64,000 bases of DNA, taken from positions 88,722,001 to 88,786,000 of the forward strand of contig NC_043004.1 in NCBI RefSeq assembly GCF_006345805.1, written 5' to 3'. The notes under the pieces are model-generated. The model made no database searches and was not told the DNA's origin. It worked only from the letters and a program-made list of their open reading frames with translations. Of this stretch, positions 25,254-41,268 are shown piece after piece. Positions within the stretch are counted from its first letter, which is position 1; each line of letters starts with the position of its first letter. The DNA is from Octopus sinensis (Eukaryota). Position numbers and translations under genes: made by a program.

Positions 25254-25580
25254 GTGACGTTTATGAATATATTTACTGATATATTTCACTGTTTTAACAG
25301 TTATACATACTTCTACATTGCAAAGACCACCGAATTTAACACTGAAATACGGAAATTACAGTGACATTTATGAATATATTTACTAATATATTTCACTATT
25401 CTAACTGTTAAATATATTTCTACATTGCAAAGACTACTGAATTTATCATTGAAATACGGAAAATATGGTGACGGTTATGAATATATTTAGATATATTTCA
25501 CTATTGAATGTTACTTATATATTTCTATATCGCAAAGGCCATTATATTTAACACTGAAATATGAGAAGTACGGTGTTATT
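25254..25580 (+). repeat. ~107-bp tandem repeat, 3 diverged copies
   Basis: GTGAC.TTTATGAATATATTTA...TTCTACATTGCAAAG...GAAATACGGAAA at ~25254, ~25361 and ~25468. Confidence 0.85.
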
Positions 25581-25929
25581 TATCGTTCGTTAAAACGTAT
25601 TTGATTATCAGAACCTTGAACCATTATCTGGACATTTGATAGGTGTTAACATTCTGCGCTGTAGTTTTCGGGAAAATGAAATATTTGGATACTGTTTTAT
25701 GCCATTTCACATCAATCATGCGCTGGAATAATCTTTCCCACATGGACCATGTAGGCAGCGCTGGATTAAGCAAAATAAGCACGTGCTTAAGGCATCACAG
25801 AAATGGTAAATGGCGTACAGTACAAAAGAAATCACTTTAAACTTGCTAAAATAATATTTTTTAAATGGTTTATATGATCGGAAATATAATTTCGAAGTAT
25901 TCAAGATGCCATAGTAAGGAGCTGATCAA

Positions 25930-26217
25930 TATTCACCAGATATTGCTCCTTCGAATTTCCACTTATTCAGGTCTCTGCAGAATAGTCTTAATAGTAAAAA
26001 TTTCAATTCCTTGGATGACGTAAAAAGATACCTTGATGAATTCTTGGCCATGAAACAACCTTAATTCTGGGAAGAGGGTATTTTCAAGTTAAAGGAAAGA
26101 TGGAGACGTATTGTGCAACAAAATGGTTCATATTTGGTTGATTAAAAATATGACAAGTATTTATTGACCTTTTTCTTTCCTATAAAAATCGGCATGAACT
26201 TTCCGGACAACCCAATA
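25930..26217 (+). mobile_element. Mariner transposase 3' end and right TIR, nested in the Helitron remnant
   Basis: YSPDIAPSNFHLFRSLQNSL...FWEEGIFKLKERWRRIVQQNGSYLVD*, then ...TTTCCGGACAACCCAA|TA. Confidence 0.88.
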
Positions 26218-27032
26218 ATAAAGAAAAGCAATCCAGTTTCCCTAAGTGTCCTACAATTACCATGGAGTCTTAACATAGTATTAGTGTCCATCGTGGGCCT
26301 CATAGAAAGGTTAACTGCATGACTATTCTTTTATCGATAACCATTGTTTCTGAGTCCATGTGATCGAAAATAGTACAATTCACTGCGATTTGAGTTTTAC
26401 AAGCTCTCTTATCCAAACGCTCTTAATAAAATTTGGAATACATATTACAATGATGTTCTATGTGCTGAACGACCTGAATGGTGAAGATAATAGAAATCGT
26501 CGTCCTATACCATAAGCCTACATTTCTAGAAATCCTTTTGTGTTATTTGCATAGTTTTTCTTGCAACGTCACGTGTTAAATCAACTTCCCATTTTCCATC
26601 GCTAAACGGATATAACAATGAAAACTGTGGCAAGTTATAATTTGGATGAATGGATGTCATTGTTTGAAGTTTAACCTCTCCTGTAACACCTCGTTTACAT
26701 AACGTAATAATTCGTTTCGGTTGCAGTATTTCCAAGTTACGATCTGGCATAATTATGGCAGATTCTTCTTTGCTGTTGGCTAATTGGCTCTTTGGCTACC
26801 AAACATAGCAACCTATTTATGTGGAGGAAATGCCATAGAAAATTCTCGACTATTAACAGTATCCAAGTATTCTTTGCTATTATCATGAAATGGGGCGGTC
26901 AATTAGTTATCTCTTCACATCAGTGTTTGATGTGGACCCATAATATCGCTGTCTAATGTGTTGAATATTTACATGCTCTGAAACAGTTGAAATTGTGTAT
27001 CATTAAGACACATCTGAGTAAACGCCGAATAT

Positions 27033-27447
27033 CTTTTACTTGTATCAACCATTGGACTGTGGACTGTGGCCATGCTAGGGCACCACTTTGAAGGGTTCTA
27101 ACCGATCAAACTGACCCTCGTATTAAAGTCTAGAACTTATTCTATCGCTCTCTTTTGCCCAACTATTAAGTGATAGAAACGCAAACAAACCAGTACAGGT
27201 CGTCAAGCGGTGAGAGAGGACAAACGCAGACACAAAGATGCATGAACGCGCACATACGCACACCCACACTCACACATACATATATACGATAGACTTCCAC
27301 ACAGTTTCCATCAACCAGGTTGTTTCCAACAACACAGAGCATTGACCGGTCCTGGACTACAGTAGAAAATATTTGCCCCCAGTGTCATTGAACCTGAAAC
27401 TACGTTGTTGGAAAGCGAGCTTCTTAGCCATAAAGTCATGCCTGCAT
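27033..27447 (-). mobile_element. SINE family A, diverged
   Basis: Colinear reverse-complement similarity to family A. Confidence 0.75.
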
Positions 27448-27859
27448 CTTTATTTTCGAAGTGGACTGAACCTCAAAACTAATCGACGAATATTACCACC
27501 AAGCCTGTTATCATTATATGTACAACGAGTATTTATTTGAATTGTTATCGTGGCTTAAACTTTTGGCGAAGCAAAATCTCCATTCGAGTTATACACCTTA
27601 ACCTGAGATTTTAAGTTAGTATATTTTGCATTAGTTTAACTTCACAGATTTTCTTTCAAATGTGGAGCAGTGAAGTAGCTTGTGTGTGTACCACCTAAGA
27701 CTCTCCTTGAGTTTTTCCACCACTCCTCTTCCCCTATACAGGCTTATACATTGGGCCCAAGAGTGCTGAGTCCCTTAAAGCATCGCGCATTGAGGTCCGA
27801 ACCCACAACCTCACTTCCCTAGCTACGCAACAACTGAGGAAGTAGTTATTCAATAGAAA

Positions 27860-28380
27860 GTAATACTAACCGCCCATTGAGCTGGGAAATTGTTTGGAGC
27901 TCTTTACAATGCCTTCCTTTAGCCTCAGTTTTGCACCACATTTTCAACATGCAACTTCTATCTTCCCAATATAATGTATGTTCCGTTGTTGCTTCTTGAC
28001 ATTCCACAAATGTTTTATGTTTCAAAACTGTTTCCGTAGCTATATTTATTCTATTAGAAGCAACCACTGCAGTCGTACTTTGCAGCAGACTTTGTGGTTC
28101 ATTTTTAATAGAACGCCATCTTCAGTCTCGGTCTCGTCCTTGAGAAGCCCGTTCTGTAATTTCACTGTCATTTTATCAATCATTGTTTGTCTTTTAATTT
28201 CGCAGTTTTCTAGCATTGTCCCGAATTTAATTGGCAACAGAGGATACGTTCCTTTTCCAGATGTCCGGACAGCTCTTGTTGGCACTGATTGATAAGGTTG
28301 TATTCCTAGGAATTAAGACTGTGTTCTCTTCTTGGCCGAGTCGTTAGATGCTTCAATATATTTGCTCCATTCCTGGCACT
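27860..28380 (-). mobile_element. Possible decayed Ty3/Gypsy pol fragment (RNase H to integrase junction)
   Basis: EIKRQTMIDK..KLQNG, ETEDGVLLKMNHKV..RLQ and ECQEATTEHTLYW resemble the region around the integrase HHCC zinc finger. Confidence 0.4.
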
Positions 28381-29185
28381 CTGTGTTCAGATCATAGCGA
28401 GATCAACTTTGCTTTTTATTTTTTCGAGGTCAATAATAGAAAGATACTAATCCGGAGTGGAGGATTAGTGGAGATGTCAGAACGGCGGACCTAATATTTC
28501 ATACTATTTATTTCAGCTCTTTCTATTCTGACTTCCAATCCCATCAAAGCATTCTTATAGGATAGACGTAATCAGTCGCTCGGGTTAATACCAACACCTG
28601 GCACCTTAATTGCATTTAGCAGAGATCACTCTATTGCAAGCATTGGGAAATGGTCTCCACTTAGAGAATAGCTCCTTCCCTTTTATCACAGAGTTATTAT
28701 AAAGAATCAGACACGTTACCTACATTCCTCGTTAAAATATAAAACAAAGATATTTTTCCCGTTCTAAGAAAGAAAGAATACGACCCGCGAAAGCTGAAAA
28801 TAAAACTGAAAACTGAGACCACAATTTTTAACGAAAGATATTGAAATTGTGGAACACAATTTCTAAAGTAAATTAATTATAATTAATGATATCATTGAAT
28901 ATTTAAACGGCTATAAAGGCTATAGCAAAGAAAACGGTAATAGATAGCTATCAGATTAAGAATACACACACAAACACACACTCAGACACACACTCAGACA
29001 CACACGCACACAGACACACAGACACAAACACACACATATATGTATGTGTGTATAGCATACATGCATTTATATAGAAACACACTGCTTCGTATACATATAT
29101 GTACAAATATAACTTTATTTGTGCTTTTATATATATATATACATTCATATATATACATATATATATATGTGTGTGTATGTGTGTG

Positions 29186-29264
<79 letters not shown>

Positions 29265-29867
29265 TGTGTTGATGGAGAAGAGAACGGAAGCCGCAAATGA
29301 TAAAATTATATATCCAAAGTTTAAAAACATGTAATTACTGAAGTAAGCTGCTGAAAGTGTTGAACGATATAACTTGTAGAAATCATTCATTATCTAACGT
29401 TAAATGATATTGTTATGCGTTAACCAAACGATACGTACAATTAATTTTAAGAAGCTTTACTGAATACTAAACTAATAATATTATATAATGAAATTATTGG
29501 CTACTAGAATTATGGACAATATAGAAAGCAACTCTGAGAAATGCGCACAATTTCAACGACCGAATATATATGTGTGTATATGTATGTGTACGTACGTATA
29601 TGTGCATCTATGTATTTATGTACGTTTGCGGAAGTTATGAACGAGAGTTACATACTCTTGTTAGGTTCATTAGTACTGGGTAGCTTTGGCTGAGGAGAGA
29701 TAATAATGTCGAAACAACGGGTGTTTCGAAATCACCTAACGCTAATGTATTGGGTGTGTTATGACAGTACATCCGTCTTAAATGACTTGTTCTCCAATGA
29801 CCCAATGACAAAATATAACGACGATTAGCATATTCACGTTCGAATTTGCTGGAACTATTAAGAATGA

Positions 29868-32785
<2,918 letters not shown>

Positions 32786-33400
32786 CACATACATACATAC
32801 ATACATACATACATACATACACATATGAATCGATTTTTTCATGCCTATGTTTATGCACGTACATATATTTCAGCGCATTAATTTCTCATTCGTTCAATGT
32901 CTGTATAATACAAAAATACCACAAAATCATATCACTCTCTTAAACATATTTTATCAATATTCCGTTTTAACGTTTCCTTATTTTACCGCTGACGCTTCGT
33001 TCGACAACTATACGGTGCTTCATTAGAACAAATTGAATGGAACATGTTAAACAATTGAATAATAACAGATATGATCGATTTTCAAAGTACAAGAACATCT
33101 GTGAAAATATAGAAATGATGAATGTTACTGCACCTCATCCATAGTCGAAAACATCTTTTCATTACTTTGTAAGGAGTATTGGTAATCTTTAGACACTGCC
33201 ATAGCCCCGGAGTGATTTCATTTACTTCAACGAAATGCAATGCGTTGATTACTAATGTCCCTGTTTTTTATTCGTTTTCCTAACTCAGATATATATATAT
33301 AGTTAATCCAAACAAGAAAACACAAAAAAAACACAACAACGCAAGGACGTGGAACAAATAAAGTATTATTGGACGCTCAGGAAAGAAGGGAAGAAGGAGG

Positions 33401-33435
33401 GTTTAACGTTTCGAGCGGAGCTCTTCGTCGGAAAC
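33401..33435 (-). ncRNA. Minimal hammerhead-like motif, repeat family 2 (element ~33300-33500)
   Basis: Minus strand GTTT-CCGACGA-A-GAGC(tcc)GCTC-GAAA-CG-TT-AAAC; perfect 4-bp stem I, U4C core change. Confidence 0.55.
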
Positions 33436-33503
33436 ATAGGAGAAGGAAAGATCCCGAGAAGGGAAGACAGAGGAAAAAAATCGCCAGCGGTATTCACGAG
33501 GTC

Positions 33504-33554
<51 letters not shown>

Positions 33555-34271
33555 CAGGCACACACACATTGTTAAACGATAACCAAGATTTACTAAAAAA
33601 AGGGACTCCATATTGGATTAATGGCAAATTTATAGCAATGGGACTTCCGTCGCTAACGACGATGAGTATTCAGTCGTCGGATCATCTAATCGCCCGAGTC
33701 GTTAAATCAACCCATAAACGGAACGAAGACCCTTAACTTAAATTTCGAGTCGAATCGTCGTAGCACGATATGTGACAATACCATTTCGGATACCATGTAC
33801 GAGGTCTGATCTGAAAGTATCGAGTTTGTTGCTATGGTAACGGAGCTAAAGTACGCAGTAAATATATGTTTTTATTTATTAGATCAGTTACTGTGTGTCA
33901 CATTGAAAACTATATATTTTCAAACGGAAATTCAGCAACGCCGCCTAGCCAACCAGCTACTCTGTATTGATAAAGGGCAATAACACAGAAACCGATAAAC
34001 GGTCGTTGCTTTCAGCTGGATGGGGTGGGCGCTGCACGTCCTGTTCGAAAATATGAGGACACAGGTATTGTGCCGTATAGCCAGCTATAAATGATGTTTC
34101 ATGGGGCCACACAACAGTAACAATCGCCCCTTCCAGGACAGACACATTATGTTGGCAAATAGTCTTTACTTTAAAGAACTGGTACAGAATATCTCGCTTT
34201 GAGAGATTTAGAAATAATAATGTATATATATATATATATATATATATATTAATATATATATATAATATATA

Positions 34272-34318
<47 letters not shown>

Positions 34319-34598
34319 CATACATACATACATACATACATACATACATACATACATACATACATACATACATACATACAACGGGCTTCTTTTAGTTTCC
34401 ATCTCCCAAATTCACTCGCAAGTCTTTGGTCGATTCGAGGTTATAGTAAAGGACACTTGCCCAAGGTATGATGCAGTGGGACTGAAGCTGGAATCATGTG
34501 GGTGAGAAGCAAACTTCTCACCATACAGCCACGCTTGTGCTTATATATATATATAGAGAGAGAGAGAAAGACAGGCAGACGTACATACAGACAAAGAG

Positions 34599-34718
<120 letters not shown>

Positions 34719-35554
34719 GTGTGTGTGTATATTTCGCTATCTTCTCATTAATTTTCACCTTGTTCTCTCAAACACATTCTTTTGCCATATCTTTGTCTTC
34801 TTCCTCTTCAACATCAATTTGTCATCCTCTCTCCCTCTTCCTCGTCCTGCCTTCTCTCTCTCGCTCTCTCGTCCTCTGTCTCTCTCTCTCTCTCTCTTTG
34901 GCTCGCTCCGTCTCTCTCTCTCTATCTCTCATTCTTTCTCGTCCTCTCGTTCCACCTCCCTCTCCTTCTCTGTCTCTCTCTCCCCCCTCTCTATCTCTCT
35001 CTGTCTCTCTCCTTCCATCTCTCGTTATTTTTCACTTTATTGCTTTACCGCTTTTCTTATAAGTTAGATTTTATGATGATATTTTGCAATGTTATATAGA
35101 ATTTATCTATTTATTTGTTAAGACCTGATATTATGTATTTATAAGTGTCGGATTTATATCTTTTTTTATGTAAATTTACATAAAAAATATAAACAAAACA
35201 GATATTTTATTCATTCTTTTTATTATTTTTGTATTTCATTTTAATCGCATTTTCTCAGTTTCATTATTGTTTCTTTTGTATTTACTTTGACTCTCATGTT
35301 ACGGAAACTTCGATCCAAGGTAATCTAGATGCTCTGATATGCATGTACGTATGAATGTATGTATATATGTGTATGTATATGTATGTCTGTATACGTATAT
35401 ATATATGTATATATATACATACACACCACACACATATATATATACATATATATACATATATATACATATATAGTATACATATATATATGTATATATATAC
35501 CGATATATAGATATGATTTATATATAAATACATATGTATATATCTATATATACA

Positions 35555-35592
<38 letters not shown>

Positions 35593-35593
35593 A

Positions 35594-35639
<46 letters not shown>

Positions 35640-35957
35640 TTATATATATATTATATATATATATATGTATGCATGTAAGTATATATGCGCTTATATGTGT
35701 GTGAATGTATGTTTCTATGCATGTATGTTTGTATATATTTATGTATGAACGTATGTATGCATTAGCAATAACGTATACAATAAAATTTAGCTAGAGAGAA
35801 GGGGGGAGAGATATACAGACATACGTAATATACATATATGCATGTGCACCACACATACTCACAGGTGCACGTACAACTACATCCGCACACACATAATACG
35901 TCTACAATTGCGCTTTAAATGACATACATGTATGTATTTATATATGAATGTGTGTGA

Positions 35958-36080
<123 letters not shown>

Positions 36081-36771
36081 TAAACAGGTTGTACCGAGAT
36101 GCAATTCGAAAAAGCCCGCCTTTTAGATAGATGTGTAAAGGGTGAACAATTCTATATGCTACGCTGGATACATTGGGTGTTCGTCTGGTATGTTGATTTT
36201 TGTTCATCTTTTATAAATCTTGAATTATGTTTGCTCTGAAGATTAAAAAGTGCATTTGTACACTATGTATGAAATTACATGCTATGCAGCTGAATTCGAA
36301 TTTTAAGAGGCTCGCTTCGAGAGTTTTATTCTCTCTTATTCGTTACTATATGTTTATTTATTTTGATAGTTTTGACTTTAAGTGTCCCTCCAAGCGTCTG
36401 GCATTTATGTATAGTAATGCCCTTAATATAAATAAATATATTTAAGAGAAAAAATTATGGATTTTTGCATCTCAGTTTTATGTCCCCTATACAACCGGAC
36501 GATACTTTGTGTTACCATTTTCTCCCGTGCTTAATTATAGAAATAGTAGATAAACTAGCGAAGAGAACAAGAGCCTTTCAAGACCTGCAAAGCGATCAAA
36601 AGGCACTAGTTAATCAAGCACAAATCAATGTAGCAATGAAAGAGGAAAAGAATAAATGAATACATATTTCAGTTTTATAATAATTAAACAAAAACGTGGG
36701 CGACATTTTTATGGGAAAATATAAGATAGCTTGTCAAATTACAATGTATTACATTTTATGGTATGTGTATG

Positions 36772-36827
<56 letters not shown>

Positions 36828-36851
36828 TGTATGTATATGTATGTATGTATG

Positions 36852-36888
<37 letters not shown>

Positions 36889-37053
36889 TTGTGTGTATGT
36901 ATGTATGTGTATGTATATACATATTTGTGTGTATGTATGTATTATGTATTCATATATGTATATGTACGTATATGTAAATATATATATATATACACACACA
37001 CATATAATTATATACATGTATATGCATATGCACACAACAACAACAACAACAAC

Positions 37054-37096
<43 letters not shown>

Positions 37097-37144
37097 TCGA
37101 AAAATACCTTAGGAATGAGAACCCAGGTTCGAAATTACCCCAAG

Positions 37145-37184
37145 ACACCTGAAGAAGGCTGGAGGGTATATCAGCCGAAACGTT
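37145..37184 (+). ncRNA. Minimal hammerhead-like motif, repeat family 3 (element ~37095-37240)
   Basis: ACAC-CTGAAGA-A-GGCTG(gagggtatat)CAGCC-GAAA-CG-TT; the 3' strand of stem I is missing. Confidence 0.55.
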
Positions 37185-37707
37185 AACAACAAAGAAGATG
37201 AGGACAAATATCTGTCGAATGTAAATAATGTAAATAATGTTCAGGTTTTGTGCTTATAATAAAAAAGTATTCTTGCTGTTGTTATTTAGCTACCGGTTTG
37301 GCCTGATTCAGCAAGCATAGCACCAAAGACCTTCCCGCCGTGATTGCCTTGTCTGCTTTCATTTAGCTGCGTAGTATCTGGGAAAACATTTCCCATTATC
37401 CAGTACGTGCTTCCTTTTACTTTTTAAAATTAGTTTGGGAATTTGAGCGAAATTTGGTCGCTACTTCTAGCAAATCAAGCAGCATCTTGAGGTACTCTTA
37501 TTGGTTCACTTCGTATTGCGATATAAAGAATAATATCGTCCTGGGAATAATTCTTGCAGAACTGTAGATTAAAATCTGCCAGTTACAGAAAACATACGTA
37601 ATGACACAGATTGGTGAATTAATATTCGTATTCTCCTGATAATCCAGGAACATGGCAAAATATGTATTTGCTGACAACGCAAGATGTTTCATGCAACAGA
37701 TTTTCGA

Positions 37708-37741
<34 letters not shown>

Positions 37742-37780
37742 TTATTATTATTATTATTGTTGTTGTTGTTGTTGTTGTTA

Positions 37781-37868
37781 TTCAGGCCACTGCCTGGAAT
37801 CGAACTCGGAATCTTGAGATTAGTAGCCCGCGCTCTTAACCACTACGCTATATGCCCTATTATTATCA

Positions 37869-37923
<55 letters not shown>

Positions 37924-38053
37924 CATCATCATTATTGTTGTTGTTGTTACTGTTCAAGTCACTGCTTAGAATCGAAATCGAATTCTTGGGGTCAGTAGCC
38001 CATGCTCTTAGCCACCACACCATATGCCCACGGGTATATGGCATAGTGGTTAA
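37781..38053 (-). repeat. Two tRNA-like short repeats (37781-37857, 37952-38028) plus an inverted partial head (38032-38054)
   Basis: Minus strand GGGCATATAGCGTAGTGGTTAAGAGCGCGGGCTACTAA...GAGTTCGATTCC, each running into (AAT/AAC)n. Confidence 0.7.
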
Positions 38054-38592
38054 GTTTGTGGGGAAACCATTGACCCAATTTTCTGACTTTTCCGATAGCA
38101 TGCAGGTCTCCATGAATGGTTGAACAAATTCAAGCTTCTCTGCTAGTTCCTCAACAGTTAAGATGGGATTTTGTTCCACCGGGGTTTGCAGGACGTCCTC
38201 ATCCAGCTGTATAGATCTTCCAGGACGAGGCTCGTTTTCTAGTCTGTAGTTTCTGGCTCGGAATCTCTGGAACCACCGTTGACACTGGCTTACAATTATT
38301 GTCCGATCCCCATATACTGCATTAATATTCCTCGCACTTTCCGTTGCGTTGTTGCCTTTATTGAACACATAAAACAAAATATGCCGAATATGCTCTTTTG
38401 TCACTTTCATTATAACTTTGAAAAAATATATGTTAAAATCGAACTGCACTCTTCAAAACTTGCGCTAAGAATAAGGACAAGGTAAAAGTGTTACCTGCTT
38501 ATATAGCAAGTTGATGCAGGTAGTTTATCCTGTTCCCCTCCCTTAGTTTATGCAATTGAAAAAAAAACGCATTATTTATGGAATGACACAAT
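38052..38592 (-). mobile_element. Mariner 5' TIR and N-terminal HTH transposase fragment
   Basis: MKVTKEHIRHILFYVFNKGNNATESARNINAVYG...RWFQRFR...EPRPGRS...TVEELAEKL; frameshifted WVPHxL-like motif; TIR-like TTGTGTCATTCCATAAATAATGCGTTTTT. Confidence 0.88.
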
Positions 38593-39936
38593 TAACACAC
38601 ATACACACATACATACGCATGTACACATACACACAAACATATATATGTGTATATGAAGCATAAATTCAGGATGCAAACTGGTGGAACTCTTTGAGGATCA
38701 TGCGAGATTCTTTCTGGCATGGTATTTGTTCCGACTGTCGGTGATCTGAGTTCAAATCTCACCGGATCAACTTAGTCGCCTTTCAGTGTCAGGAAACAAA
38801 ATGTCAGTCAAGTACTGATGTCATTTCTATTATTTTTTCTTCTTTGTCTGTCTGTCTGTCTGTCAGTCTGACTGTCTGTTTGTCTCTCTCTTTCTTTCTC
38901 TCTCTCTTCTCTCTTTTTCTCTCTCTCCTCTCTCCTCTCAAAAAAAGGAAGTGTTCTTAACATGAACTCAAAAGGAGAAATAAACTATCAGTTCAATAAT
39001 CGGATTATTTTCTTCTTTTTCTTCTTCTTCTTCTTCTTCTTCTTCTTCTTCTTCTTCCACTCTTCTTCTCTCTGACTTTCATCATATTTCTCTCTCTCTC
39101 CCTCTCTCTGCTAGAGTAACCTGTAATGCATTGGTTTCCCATTGGTTCGACCCTACCCCTAACCCTGATGGAAGGGTACCCATATCAAGTCACTTTACAC
39201 GTTAAGCTTACGAGGAGGTAACTCGTTTAGTATCACAACTGATATCATGCTCTTCGTCGAAATTGACGGAGACTCCACCCACTCATAGTAGTAAATTGAA
39301 TTGCATTGCATCTTTCTTGCTTCCATTCCTCTCCCCACCCCTTTTATTTCTTTCTTTACATTTCAATATATCAATCTAGATGTTTTTCTTTCCTTCCACT
39401 ACTTTCAAAATATATTACTTGAATTCCAATAACTCCCTTTCTACATTTTGATTAATTTTTCACTAATTTTAATTTCAATTTCAACTTCATCGTCATCTAT
39501 TTTTTTCAAAAAAGAAAAAAAAACAAAAACATATTTAGAATGATTTTGAAACTATTCTCCTTTATTCTTCTATCTCGTCCTCGGAGACAGTAATAGATGA
39601 GGTTCTTTCCAATCATAAGCAAATCTATTCTGCAAAAACAAAAAAGACTGTACATACATATTAAGTTGAACATTTTCTTCCTTCAAACATGGCGTATTTT
39701 TTCTCCGTAGTTTCCCATCTGTTAGTTTGTCTCTTTTTCTCTTTTCGTAATAACTCTCACATAAAGATAATGAAGCTGCTTGGAGTTTCAGCGTTTTTGT
39801 TGCAGTTGTTCTCTAACCTCTTCTTAGACTCATTCTTAGACTTAGTCTTATTGTCAAAGGCGCTCCAACCTTGACAACACCCTGTCTTTTATTCAAACTA
39901 TATTTTGCAAGATATCCCTTTTATAAAAAATAAAAA

Positions 39937-40339
39937 GGCGTAGGATTGGCTGTGTGGTAATTAGCTTGCTTACCAACCACATGGTTCCAGGTTCAGTCCC
40001 ACTGCGTGACACCTTGGGCAAGTGTCTTCTACTATAGCCTTGGGCCGACCAAAGCCTTGTGAGTGGATTTGGTTGACAGAAACTGAAAGAAGCCCGTCTT
40101 ATATATGTTTATATATATATGTGTGTGCGTGTGTGTGTATGTTTGGGTGTCTGTGTTTGTCCCCCAACATCGCTTGACAACCGATGCTAGTGTGTTAACG
40201 TCCCCGTAACTTGGCGGTTCAGCCAAGAGACCGATAGAATAAGTACTAGGCTTACAAAGAATAAGTCCTGGGGTCGATTTGCTGGACTAAATGCGGTGCT
40301 CCAGCATGGCCACAGTCAAATGACTGAAACAAGTAAAAG

Positions 40340-40342
<3 letters not shown>
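39937..40342 (+). mobile_element. tRNA-derived SINE family A, full length
   Basis: A box TGGCTGTGTGG, B box GGTTCAGTCCC, internal (TA/TG)n, ends AAGTAAAAGAGTA; many homologues in the window. Confidence 0.9.
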
Positions 40343-40389
<47 letters not shown>

Positions 40390-40887
40390 CGAGGACGATT
40401 TGAGGAAAATTTGCTTCCGAGAAGACATCGTCGTGAATTTAAGGATCAATGAATAATGAGTTTCGTACAAAATGTGTTACAGTATTTAAACATTGACCGT
40501 GTGCTCACGTGTTCAAATCCTTTCTATTTCCATAAAAAAATCAATACCATTTATATATGCTATTTATTTGCTGTAAAGCTGCTTAAGTGGCTTAAGGGCC
40601 TGGGTTTTCGTGCTGAAGTGCTAGTCAAACTCTGACAAGAATATAGTTAGATTTTTTTGTGAAACTATGCCCATATTCCTATAAATATTATTGCTTTGTC
40701 TCTCCATAAATGACATCCTTATTGATTTCCTATACACGTGAAAATCCTCGTATTCATGATGTTGTTACTGCATCAAATAAGTTCTGAATGAGCAAATTCC
40801 TGATCAAAATAAAACAAAAACTAGCTAAGAAAGAGTAGTGGCCAGTGGCGTCATGAATACATATACATACATACATATATACATATA

Positions 40888-40934
<47 letters not shown>

Positions 40935-40962
40935 TATATATATTATATATATATTATATATA

Positions 40963-40994
<32 letters not shown>

Positions 40995-40995
40995 C

Positions 40996-41268
40996 AGTGG
41001 TTAGGGCAGCGGACTCGCGGTCGGAGGATCGCGGTTTCGATTCCCAGACCGGGCGTTGTGTGTGTTTATTGAGCGAAAACACCTAAAAGCTCCACGATGC
41101 TCCGGCAGGGGGTGGTGATCCCTGCTGTACTCTTTACCACTTTCTTCTGTTGGCCTGCTCGCTTAGCCAGCGGGGTGGCGTCGTTCGAAGGCTAAAACAA
41201 TGCGAACGCATTGTGACCAGCGATGTGTAACAACATCTGATGGTCTGGTCAGTCACGTGATCACGTGA
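40996..41268 (+). mobile_element. tRNA-derived SINE family C in (TA)n
   Basis: AGTGGTTAGGGCAGCGGACTCGCGGTC...GTTTCGATTCC head with a TCG (Arg) anticodon-like loop; ends (TCACGTGA)2. Confidence 0.75.

Larger units (their letters stand above)
23190..26990 (-). mobile_element. Decayed, interrupted autonomous Helitron (Rep region fragments)
   Basis: Colinear minus-strand peptides: PTAKEESAIIMPD; SIHPNYNLPQFSLLYPFSDGKW; ITQKDF*KCRLMV*DDDFYYLHHSGR; TFL*GPR...DSMVIVGHLGKLDCF (~26230-26330); LKHVLILL and CLHGPCG (~25730-25790); FKLYGSYPHMQYVIVHLERQQYVV (~25050-25125); YLRTLLNHIPESTSFEDMRIVNNEVC (~23750-23830). Confidence 0.8.

Noticed and set aside
25161-25364. ORF MAAVNIITNIICLCFLVFVICFSC... with a good start context (AAACATGG), resembling the channel's signal-peptide exon
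   Set aside because: It lies antisense to the Helitron Rep fossil and runs into a 107-bp tandem repeat; the hydrophobicity is explained by AT-rich antisense sequence.
37781-37857. Genuine tRNA genes (also at ~350-410 and ~40996-41055)
   Set aside because: A and B boxes are present, but I could not form a proper acceptor stem, and the copies are diverged and fused to repeat bodies or microsatellites; treated as SINE heads.
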